Below are positions 1 through 10,873 of a DNA stretch of 64,000 bases, in pieces. Made by a program: the position numbers and the translations under genes. The DNA is taken from positions 17,336,651-17,400,650 of the forward strand of contig CM120647.1 in the NCBI GenBank assembly GCA_051362555.1, written 5' to 3'. This stretch comes from Lingula anatina. Lineage: Eukaryota; Animalia; Brachiopoda. The notes under the pieces are model-generated. The model was not told where the DNA came from. It made no database searches and saw only the letters and a list, made by a program, of their open reading frames with translations. The number at the start of each line of letters is the position of its first letter. Position 1 is the stretch's first letter.

Positions 1-93
1 GTAACAATAACAACAAATAAAATAATTTAAAATGAGCACCAAATTTATATCTTACTAAGTCAATTCTACAACAATGTTTAATTTTACTTTCAG

Positions 94-1141
94 ATGCTCA
101 GAAACATTACAGCATTTATCAAGCACCCTGCGTTGACCACTGTGACGATCTACGCAAACTGAAGCAAAAACAGGACGCCATAAAACTCATGGGTGCCCGA
201 CTCAAAGCGACTTATCTTCAGTCAGCAAATGAACACGGAAAAGCTGCTGATCCTGTGAGTCTTCAAAGTTTAGACCGCGTTCGCAACCTCTCACCTCTAC
301 CCCTTTGATACACTCCACTGTGTAGGTTTCAGGCATTATACAGTTAAGTTGTAATGTTAATTTACTCAGTCTCAAAAGCCTTAAAATATAATAAAACCAC
401 TTTCTCCATCCAGCACATTTTTTAAAACTAAATTTCTGAAAATATTCTTCTCTCTAGGTGTTTGGCCCACAAGGTGTCTTCTTCAAGCTGAGCCTGGAGT
501 GTTTCCACTACTCCGCCCCTCACTTTGATTACACCATCTGCCCCTTCAAAAGTGCCAAACAGCGAGAGCGTGAGTCCACGCACTCCGATGTTACCATTGC
601 GCGTGGCACTGTCCACTGGTTGTCCAGTCAGCAGGGTCAGTACAGGATTGAGATGAAAGATGGAGATGGCTTTGCATGTCCTGGTGGTATGCGGCGGTCC
701 TTAGTGGTGAGCTTTTTTTTTTTTTTTTTTTTACTGTGGGACTGTGAGCAGCATATTTCATCATTTTTAAATTAATCATATGTTTGTGTGTGTTTATGTA
801 CATGTGTTTATGCCAATATTCATGATTTTGTCATTTAAAGTGAGTGGATTTCATATTTTTTAAATAAATTGTATGTGTGAGCACTGTGTGTGCACTGTGT
901 GTGCATGTTAACTTGCCTGTTTGCCTGACATTGTCATTAAAAGTAGGAAAACAGAAGGTTTACTTTTTTCCCGTTGTTGACAATCAAGTTTTATTTTAAA
1001 ATACAGTTTTAAATCTGTGTATTATTTCCTTTTGTTCCTCAGATTGACTTCAGCTGTGGCTTGGACAACATAATTCAGAGTGTCTCTGAGTCAGAACTGT
1101 GCAAATATGCTGCAAAATTTACAACTCCTGCTGCTTGCTGA
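94..1141 (+). CDS. 3' part of glucosidase II beta-subunit-like (PRKCSH-like) MRH-domain protein; 5' end lies upstream of the window
   Basis: Exons 94-254, 458-706 and 1043-1141 have AG/GT boundaries and join in frame: ...PCVDHCDDLRKLKQKQDAIKLMGARLKATYLQ...|VFGPQGVFFKLSLECFHYSAPHFDYTICPFKSAKQ...IEMKDGDGFACPGGMRRSLV|IDFSCGLDNIIQSVSESELCKYAAKFTTPAAC*. The motifs FGPxGxF, YxxCPF, GxxC..R and CG...V.E...C.Y..F.TPAAC are typical of the MRH domain. Confidence 0.85.
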
Positions 1142-1155
1142 CCTCACTGCAAGGC

Positions 1156-1212
1156 ATGCTGATGTCATCACATAACATGCTGATGTCATCACATAACATG
1201 CTGATGTCATCA
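1156..1212. repeat. 21-bp tandem repeat (catgctgatgtcatcacataa, about 2.7 copies) just after the stop codon
   Basis: Read directly from the sequence. Confidence 0.85.
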
Positions 1213-2183
1213 GGCAATTTGGAAAAAATGATGATGTCAGACTTATTCAGCAGAATGGTGACATCAGAAGCAATATGTCAGTGTAAAAAAATCAGCATTT
1301 ATGCCAGTATCAAAAAAAAAAAGCATAGACTGTGTCACTGCAATGGGTGCTGATATTATACTACCAGTAGTAGGTTGCATTGATGATGTCATTTGTAAAA
1401 TTTGCTGACATCAAAGGTAACAGTAATGATGAGACTGCTGACATCATAACATGGCTTTGTAAGTTCTGAAATCAAATGATGACATCCAGGCATGAAGTGG
1501 TATATTGTTAGTTGTAACATACAGGTGGTCATCTTGAAGTATTCACAGAGAAGAAAGTTGAAAGTTCAAGCTGACACCCAAAGCAATAATTGTGATGACA
1601 CAAAATTAAAAGTTGATATTGTTAGAGAAATTGATAAATAGATGTCACTGCTTTTTACTGCAGTCTGGCAGATGTTTTGATCATGTAGAAGGAGACTTTT
1701 TTCATCTTATCAGAACTCAAAATGTGAGCCTTTGTTATTTTGGTGGTCCATAGTTTTTAAAATACATGGTAAATCAAAGATGTGGCATCAAATGCAAGGC
1801 AACATTCCAGAGTTTATATTGTGGACAAATTAATTTGTCCTTGTTTATATTTGATTCATTTAATGAAGAGAAAAATGTCTAATTGCAATATCTTTAATTA
1901 TTCCATGGATATAATTAATTTTCTATTTCTTTCTTTTATTTATTTATTTATTTATCTATTTATTTATTTATTTATTTATTTATTTATTTTTCATTTTTTG
2001 TACAATTAAAGAGGGTGACTGCAATGGAAATAGGAAATATCAATGTATCTTCCCACAACTAATGTGAAAAGGAAGAAAGAAATGTTATAGTAAATATGAC
2101 AAAGTTTAGACTTGTAGGACCTTATTTGTTGCAGGTCATTTTTAAGAATTAGGCAGGAGAGAACTTGGCTGCCTGGGAGTAAA

Positions 2184-2233
<50 letters not shown>

Positions 2234-2739
2234 AAAATAATAATAAATTTGTTATTAGACTAATTATAGAATATTGCTGTTTTTTATGTGTTATTTTTAT
2301 TTAAAATAAATATTTTATAGCTCCATTCAGAAGCTGTTTTTAAGGCTGATAGTGCTACACATATATAAATTGTTTCAAAACCATCGACGCTGAGGCTTTT
2401 ATTCTTGAACAAGATAAAGAAACGGCACGCGTAGACTTCTTCTTTTCTTACGTAATGTGGTCTAGTTAAATCTTGTTTTTAGAAATGTCATCTAAATAAA
2501 ACGATACACCTGTGTATCGAAATCGAGGCTGTGCGCGGAAAAGGGTCCAAATAAACAATAAAGAAGTTGGCCAAGTTTATTCTAAATATAACACTCTTAC
2601 ACAAGCGTGCGTACTGAGAGTGACCTGATATTTAACGACGCATGTTTGTCATTGTCTGCAACACTGAAATAATTCTGCCTTACCCCGCTCTCTTGTTAGT
2701 CTAGGGGTACAGATCGGTTGACAGGTACTAACGAGAGCC

Positions 2740-4667
2740 ATGGCGTTCCGTGTTCTCCTCACCTTGATGGCGTTGGCGTTGCCGTACGTTGTTGACAGTC
2801 ACTTGTGCCTGATCAGTCCTCCGCAGCGTGGGTCTATGTCTGGCCTCAACAAACCAGGTAAACGTTATAGTTCTCTCAGAGTTAGGGAAATGGTTTGATC
2901 TCTCTGACGAGTGTACTGCTCCCCAGTATTTTGATGAGAGTACTACTGTACTATTAAGTTAAAACATGTAGTGCAAATAGTGCAGATACCTAGCTAGTAT
3001 GCAGTGCTGTAAACACAATAAATGCGACAGGTTGCATGTTCAAGCTTCAGGCCTGTAGCCTGGGGGGTTCGGGGGATTCAAAAGAACCGCCCCTTTTGTT
3101 GGGAAAAGGTCCACTCTAGGTAAAATTTGATCTAGGTACATGAAGTTTTTATGGGAAAAGAACCAACCTTTTGAAATTGCTTGCTATAGGCCTGAGCTTT
3201 ATTCTTAAGAAAATTTGATACTCACTAACTCGGGTCGGTCGTGGGCAGGTCACCGGTATGTGTGTGTGTGTGTGTTGGGAGGAGGATGACAGGATCGAAA
3301 GCACGGCCCCTTTGGCCTGAAAAGATGGAGAGAAGGTCTGTGTGTCCTGAGACCACTTTAATCACTTGCTTCAGTGTACAGGTACGTGCCAGAGACATTG
3401 TCTTTTGTCTCTTACAGGTTTCAAGTACAGGGACAAACGTGCGTACAGTGTATGTGTTGGGCTTAACACACTGTACAATCTCGGAGACATCTCTTCACAA
3501 CTGACCGCGTCTCTCCCTCTCCCCCGGCTACTTATTATGTAAAAGTAAAACGCTATATATATATATAGATTTCCGCATATATTTTTTTAAGTACCATTAT
3601 TACAGTTAGGGTGAAACCTGCACTTGTCCTTTGGCCCTCTACCATTCAAGGTTTTCTTTGAGACAGGTGCGCGCAGACATGTAGGGTAAATAAATGACCG
3701 CCATTCGGTGTGCTTTGAAAAATATGAAGGTCCTTTGGACATTGATATTATTGATCAAGCTATAGCAAACAGCTGCATATTCTGACTCATGTATTTGAAG
3801 AAATCTATTGAAATGCCGGTATGGGTTATAACCATGTCGATATATGCTGATATACTATATGTTATAGTGTGAATTATGAACAGTCGGTACGCTTGTTTAC
3901 ATGTATCTTTGCTTCACTTTTTTCGCCCTTTTTTACTTAGCAGAAAATTATCGATGTTATGAATACTGACAGAAGGGCTGTGAGATTTCAAGAGTGAATG
4001 TAGTAGTAGTAGTAGTAGACAATCCTCCAAGGTCGCCACGTCTGCACAAAAAATCCTCAGGTCGGGTCGGCTTACATAACGTGTACACACTGATCTTTTG
4101 TAGTCTCAGTACAGTGCACTAAGGCCGTTCTATAAGCTGGCCTAGTTTTTTTTTATTTCGAGATGTGGTTGGCTGATATGAACATAGAGTTATATAACTC
4201 TTTGGCATGAATAATGTACATTCAGAAAACCATTTTGCACTGTCTTCACTGTACTTTTTTCTCCGCGATCTGCGAACTTAACTGAATATGGTTTGGTGGA
4301 TTACATAAAACGCCCCGAGTTAAAATTTTGATTCTCTCATAAAACTGGGCTACGTATGGGAATAATTCATCTTTAGGATCTGAGGTCGAAATTGTGTAAA
4401 ATGCTTATTTCCTTCAACGAAAATTTTTTGTGAATGTGGCACAAACAGGTTATGTTGGTGGACTGATTACGTAACATTTTAATTTCTGCATTATTTCTTT
4501 TACATATTTTTTATTTTCTTGCTTCAGTAAACTTTTTAACTAGAGATTTTTTTTATTTTGTTCACGTTATATTATGAAGTCTACTAAAGAAATTTGGATT
4601 TTAGATTCAAAATGAATAATCATTATTAATATTGTTATAAAATACATTGTAACTTTACATTAAATTT

Positions 4668-4715
<48 letters not shown>

Positions 4716-5310
4716 GATGATATATAATATATATCATTTACATGTATATGATACTATGATACTTTATATAACAGTATAATATTATAAAGGACTTTGATGA
4801 TCAAAATTAAGTAATCTTTTCTTATTCTTCTTATTAAGGAGCCACGGATTGTGGCCTCACCAAAGGGCCGTGTGGAGGCCGGTCTGCCAAGACACCCACC
4901 ATAGCGCTAAAGTAAGACTGGGTTCCCACAGATTTAGATAGATCCATCTGGATCGACCTAACTCCCGCTAAATTGCTGTCAGCTTCCGGGAGCCGTGTGC
5001 GTACAAAAGTTAATTACCCCCTTACAACTTTTAGTAGGCGGGACAAACATTTTAAGTCGGTTAAGCTGACAGCAATCTAGTGAGACTCCCCAGGGGGATA
5101 GATCAATCTAAATATCTGTGGGAATGGTCTCTAAGAATAGGGCGAAGTAATAATGTCCTTGTGCATTGAACTCGGGCTTGTTTTCCATTAGATCACGTGA
5201 AGTAGTTGGGATATACACTCCCATGATTAGATGAAGACCTAGATGAGAAAATAAACACCTTCAACTAAAATAATTATGTTAAAGCAATTGATAAGAAATA
5301 CATCTGTAAG

Positions 5311-5355
<45 letters not shown>

Positions 5356-7029
5356 TTAGGTCCGACACGATATATCCTCTAGTTTTCCAGAAGAACCTTG
5401 ACCACTACACTGAGACTAGTCCGGTATGACGCCCTCCCCTACCTTCGCCTCCCCCCCCCCCACCCCCACCCCCACCCCATCTCTCTGCCCCGCTCTCTCT
5501 CTCTCTCTCTGTGCGTACATGTGCCTTTTCTTTCTTTTTTTCACATCAGTCGCACATAACTACGATATGAATGAATCATTTATGTGACAATATATATAGA
5601 ATAGTAATAAATCAAATAAAATATAAAAAATTAAGTAAAAAAAATATCCGTATAGTATTTATGTCATATTGTGTTTATCTTAGGGCTATTTCAATGTTTT
5701 GATGTGGGACCCTATGAAGAATACCAGTACGGAGTTGCTTGAAATACCAGACGAAGGGGAGCCCAGTCTTCACCTTTACACATATGAGATTACCATTCCT
5801 TACGTGGGGTAAGGTTTGCGTTTTGCTGGCTTGTGCTTGTTTCTTTAAGCTAAGGTTTTAGAAACTAATCATCTAATCAACAGTTCGTGATCTCGCGCTT
5901 CAGGTTTCTGCTCGCGAACGCCGATTTAACGACTCGGACCTCCATTTTTTGGTGAGAAAGTAAAATTATTGAACGCGAGCACTGCGATGCAAATCGGGAA
6001 CCTTTAATTTGCTTACCTACAGTACATGTTTGATACGTTTTTTTTATGTGCCGGATATTATCGAGAGCGCATCATACCTGTATTGTAATTTGTTCGGGGT
6101 TCAGAAAAAGAACATGTACACAAACAGGTAGAGGCCCGGATGAAAGCTAGTTCATGCTTTTTTACGCTCCCTACATACCACTTGTTTAACGTTTGTGTCA
6201 TGGTATTGCGGTTTGAGACGTTAATTCGGCGTTCGCGATAACGAATCCAAGGCTCCACGTGCACACAAACACGCGCCCACGCGCACACATCAGACAACAC
6301 ATGAAATTGTATATTTATACATGGCAACTTAAACTGAATAACGTCGCATAGTGGGAAGAATGAGAGAGAGAGATTCAGAGTTATTAGAATTATCAAAAAT
6401 ATTGTCTTTGTCTTTTTTTCAGAAAAGTAAACAAAGGTGTGAAACGATACTTGCAGGTAAGTTACACAAATATAATACATGAGAAGGTAACTTTTGTCGT
6501 TATAAATAAAAGAAAAATAATTTTCTTAAGTTTACAAAAGAAACTACGAAACTGGTCGGGGTTATTGTAAAAATGCTGTAGCTATAGGAGGTCACAAAAG
6601 ACTGTCCTCATCTTACCACAGTTCACCTTTAATTCGCCACCCTCTACTAGGGCCAGCGATGACATCAGCTGTATGTAAAGATTCTCGAAAAGTTCCCAAA
6701 AGTAGCCAGCGAAATATTTATCAAAATCTAATGTAAAAGTGATCCGTGACTATGGCTACCTGTAAATGCACGGATTTTATTCAAACTTGATATTCGCTCA
6801 TGCCCCTTTTTATGGACTTGCACCAGATTATCTTTGTGAATTTGTATCCATTACTCATCAAATGGTACGTTTAGATCTAAGTACGAGTCATTATTAAAAC
6901 CTCAATGTGCAAGGCTTAATACATTTGGAGAAATATATCTCAATTGTTACTTTTCAGGTTACCTATGTCACGAAGAACAAGAAAGCACCGGCTGAATTTT
7001 ATCAGTGCGCGGACTTATACATTGTGTGA
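2740..7029 (+). CDS. Secreted 161-aa protein with mature N-terminal His; X325/Bim1/LPMO-like putative copper histidine-brace protein
   Basis: Exons 2740-2857, 4839-4911, 5360-5423, 5684-5808, 6423-6456 and 6958-7029 total 486 nt, all GT-AG with consistent phases. Protein: MAFRVLLTLMALALPYVVDS/HLCLISPPQRGSMSGLNKPGATDCGLTKGPCGGRSAKTPTIALKSDTIYPLVFQKNLDHYTETSPGYFNVLMWDPMKNTSTELLEIPDEGEPSLHLYTYEITIPYVGKVNKGVKRYLQVTYVTKNKKAPAEFYQCADLYIV*. It is absent from the ORF track because every exon is short. Confidence 0.85.
3048..3193. mobile_element. Short element with terminal inverted repeats (MITE-like)
   Basis: Ends caggcctgtagc ... gctataggcctg are near-perfect reverse complements, with G-run/C-run internal inverted structure. 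Confidence 0.55.
4916..5131. mobile_element. 216-bp MITE, family A copy 1 (PIF/Harbinger Tourist-like), TSD TAA
   Basis: TIRs gactgggttcccacagattta.../...tctgtgggaatggtctc, flanked by taa (4913-4915) and taa (5132-5134). Homologous to copies at 10936, 10955, 23739 and 41166. Confidence 0.85.
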
Positions 7030-8120
7030 AGAAAGCAGTGTATTATCTATGATAAACCCCAGATGTTAACACACCAAACACCAGTATAATGCTTAGAAAC
7101 AGTCCAGGAAAAAACTTTGTAAATTTGTTCAGTAACTTGACAATTTGTCGTCTTTGGAACAGGGAGTTCCTAGAACCATGCGACCCAAAGGGCCAGCTGG
7201 TGAAGTTCTAGGAAAAGCCTGTTGAATTAATATGAACATATACATATTTTTCATATCGGCCCACAACAAGTGTAATCGAAAATTCTGAGGCCGCAACTAT
7301 TTTAAGTATGCAATCTAAGTAATAACAAGATGATATGCTATATATCGATTCGTATAAGGTTGTTAGCTGCGTCTCCCCAAATATATAATTAAATATACAT
7401 CTGGATTCACTGAAAACTAAAATTTACGAAACAAACTCCATCGAAATTGAACTTTTCTTTTCATTTTGGAGATAACAGTTTCTTTAGCATAATAATTTAG
7501 ATGGTAATCTGTTAGGTTATTACTCCTATTATGAAGGGCATATGTGCAGTCTACTTGACATCTCTGATGGATTTTAGACTTTAAATACTCATTTATGTAT
7601 TTCTTATTATTATATACGCACACACACACGCACAAACGCTACAAAAGGAGGAGATAATTGCAACTACAGTTTGGAATTCAAAATGTCAAAGTGACTACAC
7701 AAAGGTCAATAAAATAATAAGTATTTTTAAACTTTGATGCAAAATTGGAGCTTGACAAAGACAAAAAGCGGAGTTACTATGGTGAGGAGAGAACTATCAG
7801 CGCCCTGCTTATTATCTTATTATGAAAGTGCATTTTTGTCTCCGTTAATTAGCGCTTTGGTACGTGACCAGTTTCAAGCCCACGTGTTCCACAAGTATTT
7901 TTATACGTGAAATCGTGCAAAATCATAAGGATAAACCTACATAGATATTAATTTGGGCTTTAGGGGATACTATACGCTCAATGCGTCCGTGCGTACGCCT
8001 GCGGTTGCCCTTAGTCATAATCTGGACCCAACTTCCCGTTGTTCACTGCACACTGTACAAAGCACAACCTCCGCTGCTGTCAAAGCGCTTAAGGCGGATC
8101 CTCATTGGCGGATTCACGTC

Positions 8121-8243
8121 ATGGGAACAGAACAAGCAGAAAATGCGATAGTGGCGAAAGCAATTGTTTTGACGGTTTTGATTGTGCTTCTCGCGGTATT
8201 TGTGTTACGAAGGATATTTCTTAATGCAGGGAGAGTTGTGTAA
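8121..8243 (+). CDS. Candidate 40-aa single-pass membrane micropeptide
   Basis: MGTEQAENAIVAKAIVLTVLIVLLAVFVLRRIFLNAGRVV*: a hydrophobic helix followed by RR, with AATAAA at 8262-8267. No homology recognised. Confidence 0.35.
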   Translation: MGTEQAENAIVAKAIVLTVLIVLLAVFVLRRIFLNAGRVV

Positions 8244-8341
8244 GATTGTAAAAAATCTTTTAATAAAGAACGTTCTTATTACGCTACCCAAAGCTTTTCT
8301 GTTGAGAAATTGAGTTAGCGAGTTGCTGAATTTACCGGTGT

Positions 8342-8380
<39 letters not shown>

Positions 8381-9304
8381 TTATTATTATTTGTTATTGT
8401 TTAAACCCATGCTGTCCAGCACAAACTTGTCCGAAAAGAAAAAAACGGAACACTCTCTTTATACTTGACGAGAAGTGGTCAGTACCCTGTAGGCCTATGA
8501 ATCGCTAAACGACAATATATTGGCGTTTTCTCTCAGAAAGAGAGAGGAGGAGAGGGACAGAAGGGATAAGGAAGAGAAAAAGAAAGCTTTACAAAAAAAA
8601 ATTAAAATAATAATAACGAATTTAAAACTATTGCCCTTTGAGTAAAATTCCTTTGTTTATTTCAGAAAACGGCTTTATCTTATTAGATAAACTTCTTGCG
8701 CGTGTACTCCTGATTGTAGACTTGATCAAATTTTAAGACTTAAACATGTTTTTAATTACCGACATGTGTATCAGATCCAGTAGATCAGGATATTTAATTT
8801 GCTTTGTACACCATACAATAATTCACCTACATGTATAAGAACGGGTGAGCCAATACAACGTTTGCTATCCTACCAGACTCTCTCGCTTAAGACACATATC
8901 CACATACAAAAATGTATACATGTAACAAAATACTCCGAAACGAAGGGAAACTCAATTATCGTAACTTGTTGGCAGTTAAATGGATAACAACTGTTCATTT
9001 TGGCCATAAAATGAATTTTCCTGGAGTATACAACAATTTCCCCATACTTACCAATAGTTAATGAATCCATTTCTACATTCAAAGTTAGTCCCTGTCTTTT
9101 TACAGATTATAACAGAGTATAGCCATCTTTCGAGGTCACATGGTCCGATGGCAAGCACAGATTTCAGAATAGTGCTAACTGCCGTTTTTGTGGTAAAATA
9201 GAATATATTATATTTTTATGAGTTATTTAAAATGTTTTATTGTGAAATATAGATCTCGTACGAAGAGCTGTTATCCCTTTAAGTCTTTTTGCTTATGGGA
9301 TGCC

Positions 9305-10591
9305 TTAGAAATTCATCACATTATGTTCATTCTCGTACCATGATTCGTAGCCATGCATTACAACTTCGGCAGTGAAATCCTCTTCGTGCAGCAGTCGTTC
9401 ACGCCAGCTAATAGTGGTCTTGAAACCGACATTGTGTGAACCGTTGACCACCTGCCAAGCATCATGAGAGCTATTCACGTGAAAAGGAGTCACGTGTCTC
9501 CCTTTTGAATCAATGCACGTTTTTCCTTGGCACACGACATAGCCGAGATTTGGACCACTGATGCTAACAGAGACCTGACAGTCATCTCGAACAACGTGGT
9601 TTTCTGGCGAGATTTGAAAAGTCACGTGCGCCGTTGCGCCTTCTACTATCACATCCGGGTAATCCGCATCTCTGACTGTCGGTTCAGAAAATGGCTTCAT
9701 CAAGATGTCGCCATAACTGCTGAAGTTGTCCGGCGGGATGTATTGAATCTGTACATTTTCAGGAATTCGATGAATGTTGTTAGTATCATTTTGGCCGGCA
9801 TTTTTGATGATTGCGGGTTTCCCATTCTTTTGGCTGTCCGCCACAAATTCATCGATTTTTTCGGCATCCAAATTATCAATTGCAGTGCAATATTTCTTTT
9901 TTTGGCCGGTGGCACGGTCGAGATCTGCCTTCACCTCTCTCTCTGCTTTGTTAAGCTTTATCTCCACCTCCTTATACTGAACATCGATACGGGCCTTTTC
10001 TTTTTCACTCCAAAGACTGAGCTGCTGCATATAACCATTGTGAATCTCATCAACCTTAGCCTTCGTTACCTCTTTGCTAGCCGCTAATATCCCTCTGGAT
10101 ATTCCAATCTTTTCGAGCTGCTGCTTGAAATCACTGATCTCGGTTTCAACTTCAGCGATCTGATTGGTCAGCTGTTGTTGCATGGCAACCTTTACGTCTA
10201 CGAGTTCTTTGACCTCACAGTGCTCCTTGTTGTGTGAAAGCAGCAAGCACTGGCAGCATACTGCCTTGGTGTGGCTGTCACAGTAAAAGTTCATCACTTT
10301 GCCATGAAGTGAGCATTTGCCAGTCGGTCTCTTGATGGCGTCACACCGTCTACTGGGCATGTGCTGTAGGTAAAAGTTGGTCTGAAGCCCAGGAACCCCA
10401 CTTGGCTGAAGCTTGGTGACACGCCGACAAATGGGGCACTTTATGGTACCACCACTGGCTAGTTTGTATGTACAGAAGAGGCACAAGGTATGATGGCAGG
10501 CCAGAAGCTTAGGGATCCTGTCTGTTACGTCATACGGCTGGACGCAAATTCCACAATTTCCTATGTCAGACGAGGAGTCGTGGTCAGCCAT
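9305..10591 (-). CDS. TRIM-like E3 ubiquitin ligase (RING, B-box2, coiled coil, Ig/filamin-like tail), single coding exon, 428 aa
   Basis: C3HC4 RING CGICVQPY...PKLLACHHTLCLFC...CPICR and B-box CSLHGKVMNFYCDSHTKAVCCQCLLLSH, then a heptad region. A splice acceptor (ttttttttcag, AG at 10608-10607) lies just upstream of the ATG at 10591, implying a non-coding first exon. Confidence 0.9.
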   Translation of the reverse strand: MADHDSSSDIGNCGICVQPYDVTDRIPKLLACHHTLCLFCTYKLASGGTIKCPICRRVTKLQPSGVPGLQTNFYLQHMPSRRCDAIKRPTGKCSLHGKVMNFYCDSHTKAVCCQCLLLSHNKEHCEVKELVDVKVAMQQQLTNQIAEVETEISDFKQQLEKIGISRGILAASKEVTKAKVDEIHNGYMQQLSLWSEKEKARIDVQYKEVEIKLNKAEREVKADLDRATGQKKKYCTAIDNLDAEKIDEFVADSQKNGKPAIIKNAGQNDTNNIHRIPENVQIQYIPPDNFSSYGDILMKPFSEPTVRDADYPDVIVEGATAHVTFQISPENHVVRDDCQVSVSISGPNLGYVVCQGKTCIDSKGRHVTPFHVNSSHDAWQVVNGSHNVGFKTTISWRERLLHEEDFTAEVVMHGYESWYENEHNVMNF

Positions 10592-10873
10592 TTTTATGTT
10601 TTGCGCCTGAAAAAAAAACATGTAATGATTTCTTTATACCATTGCCTGATGTTTACCGCTGGTATTTTGCCCCTATCTTTTCGAATTTAAGTATGTTTTG
10701 ATATCATATATGAATTGAATTTTCAAGGAAAACATATTAATTTAATAAATGCTATTTATTAAGGATAAAATCATGGTAGTATAAAATTTATCTTCCACAT
10801 GACTTTCTTATAAAATAATTTTGGCCCTTTATTACGTGTAACTTTCTGCTGTAGCACTATCAGGAACGCAATA

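Noticed and set aside
9527-10087. 186-aa + strand ORF
   Set aside because: Antisense to the TRIM coding exon, with no recognisable motifs.
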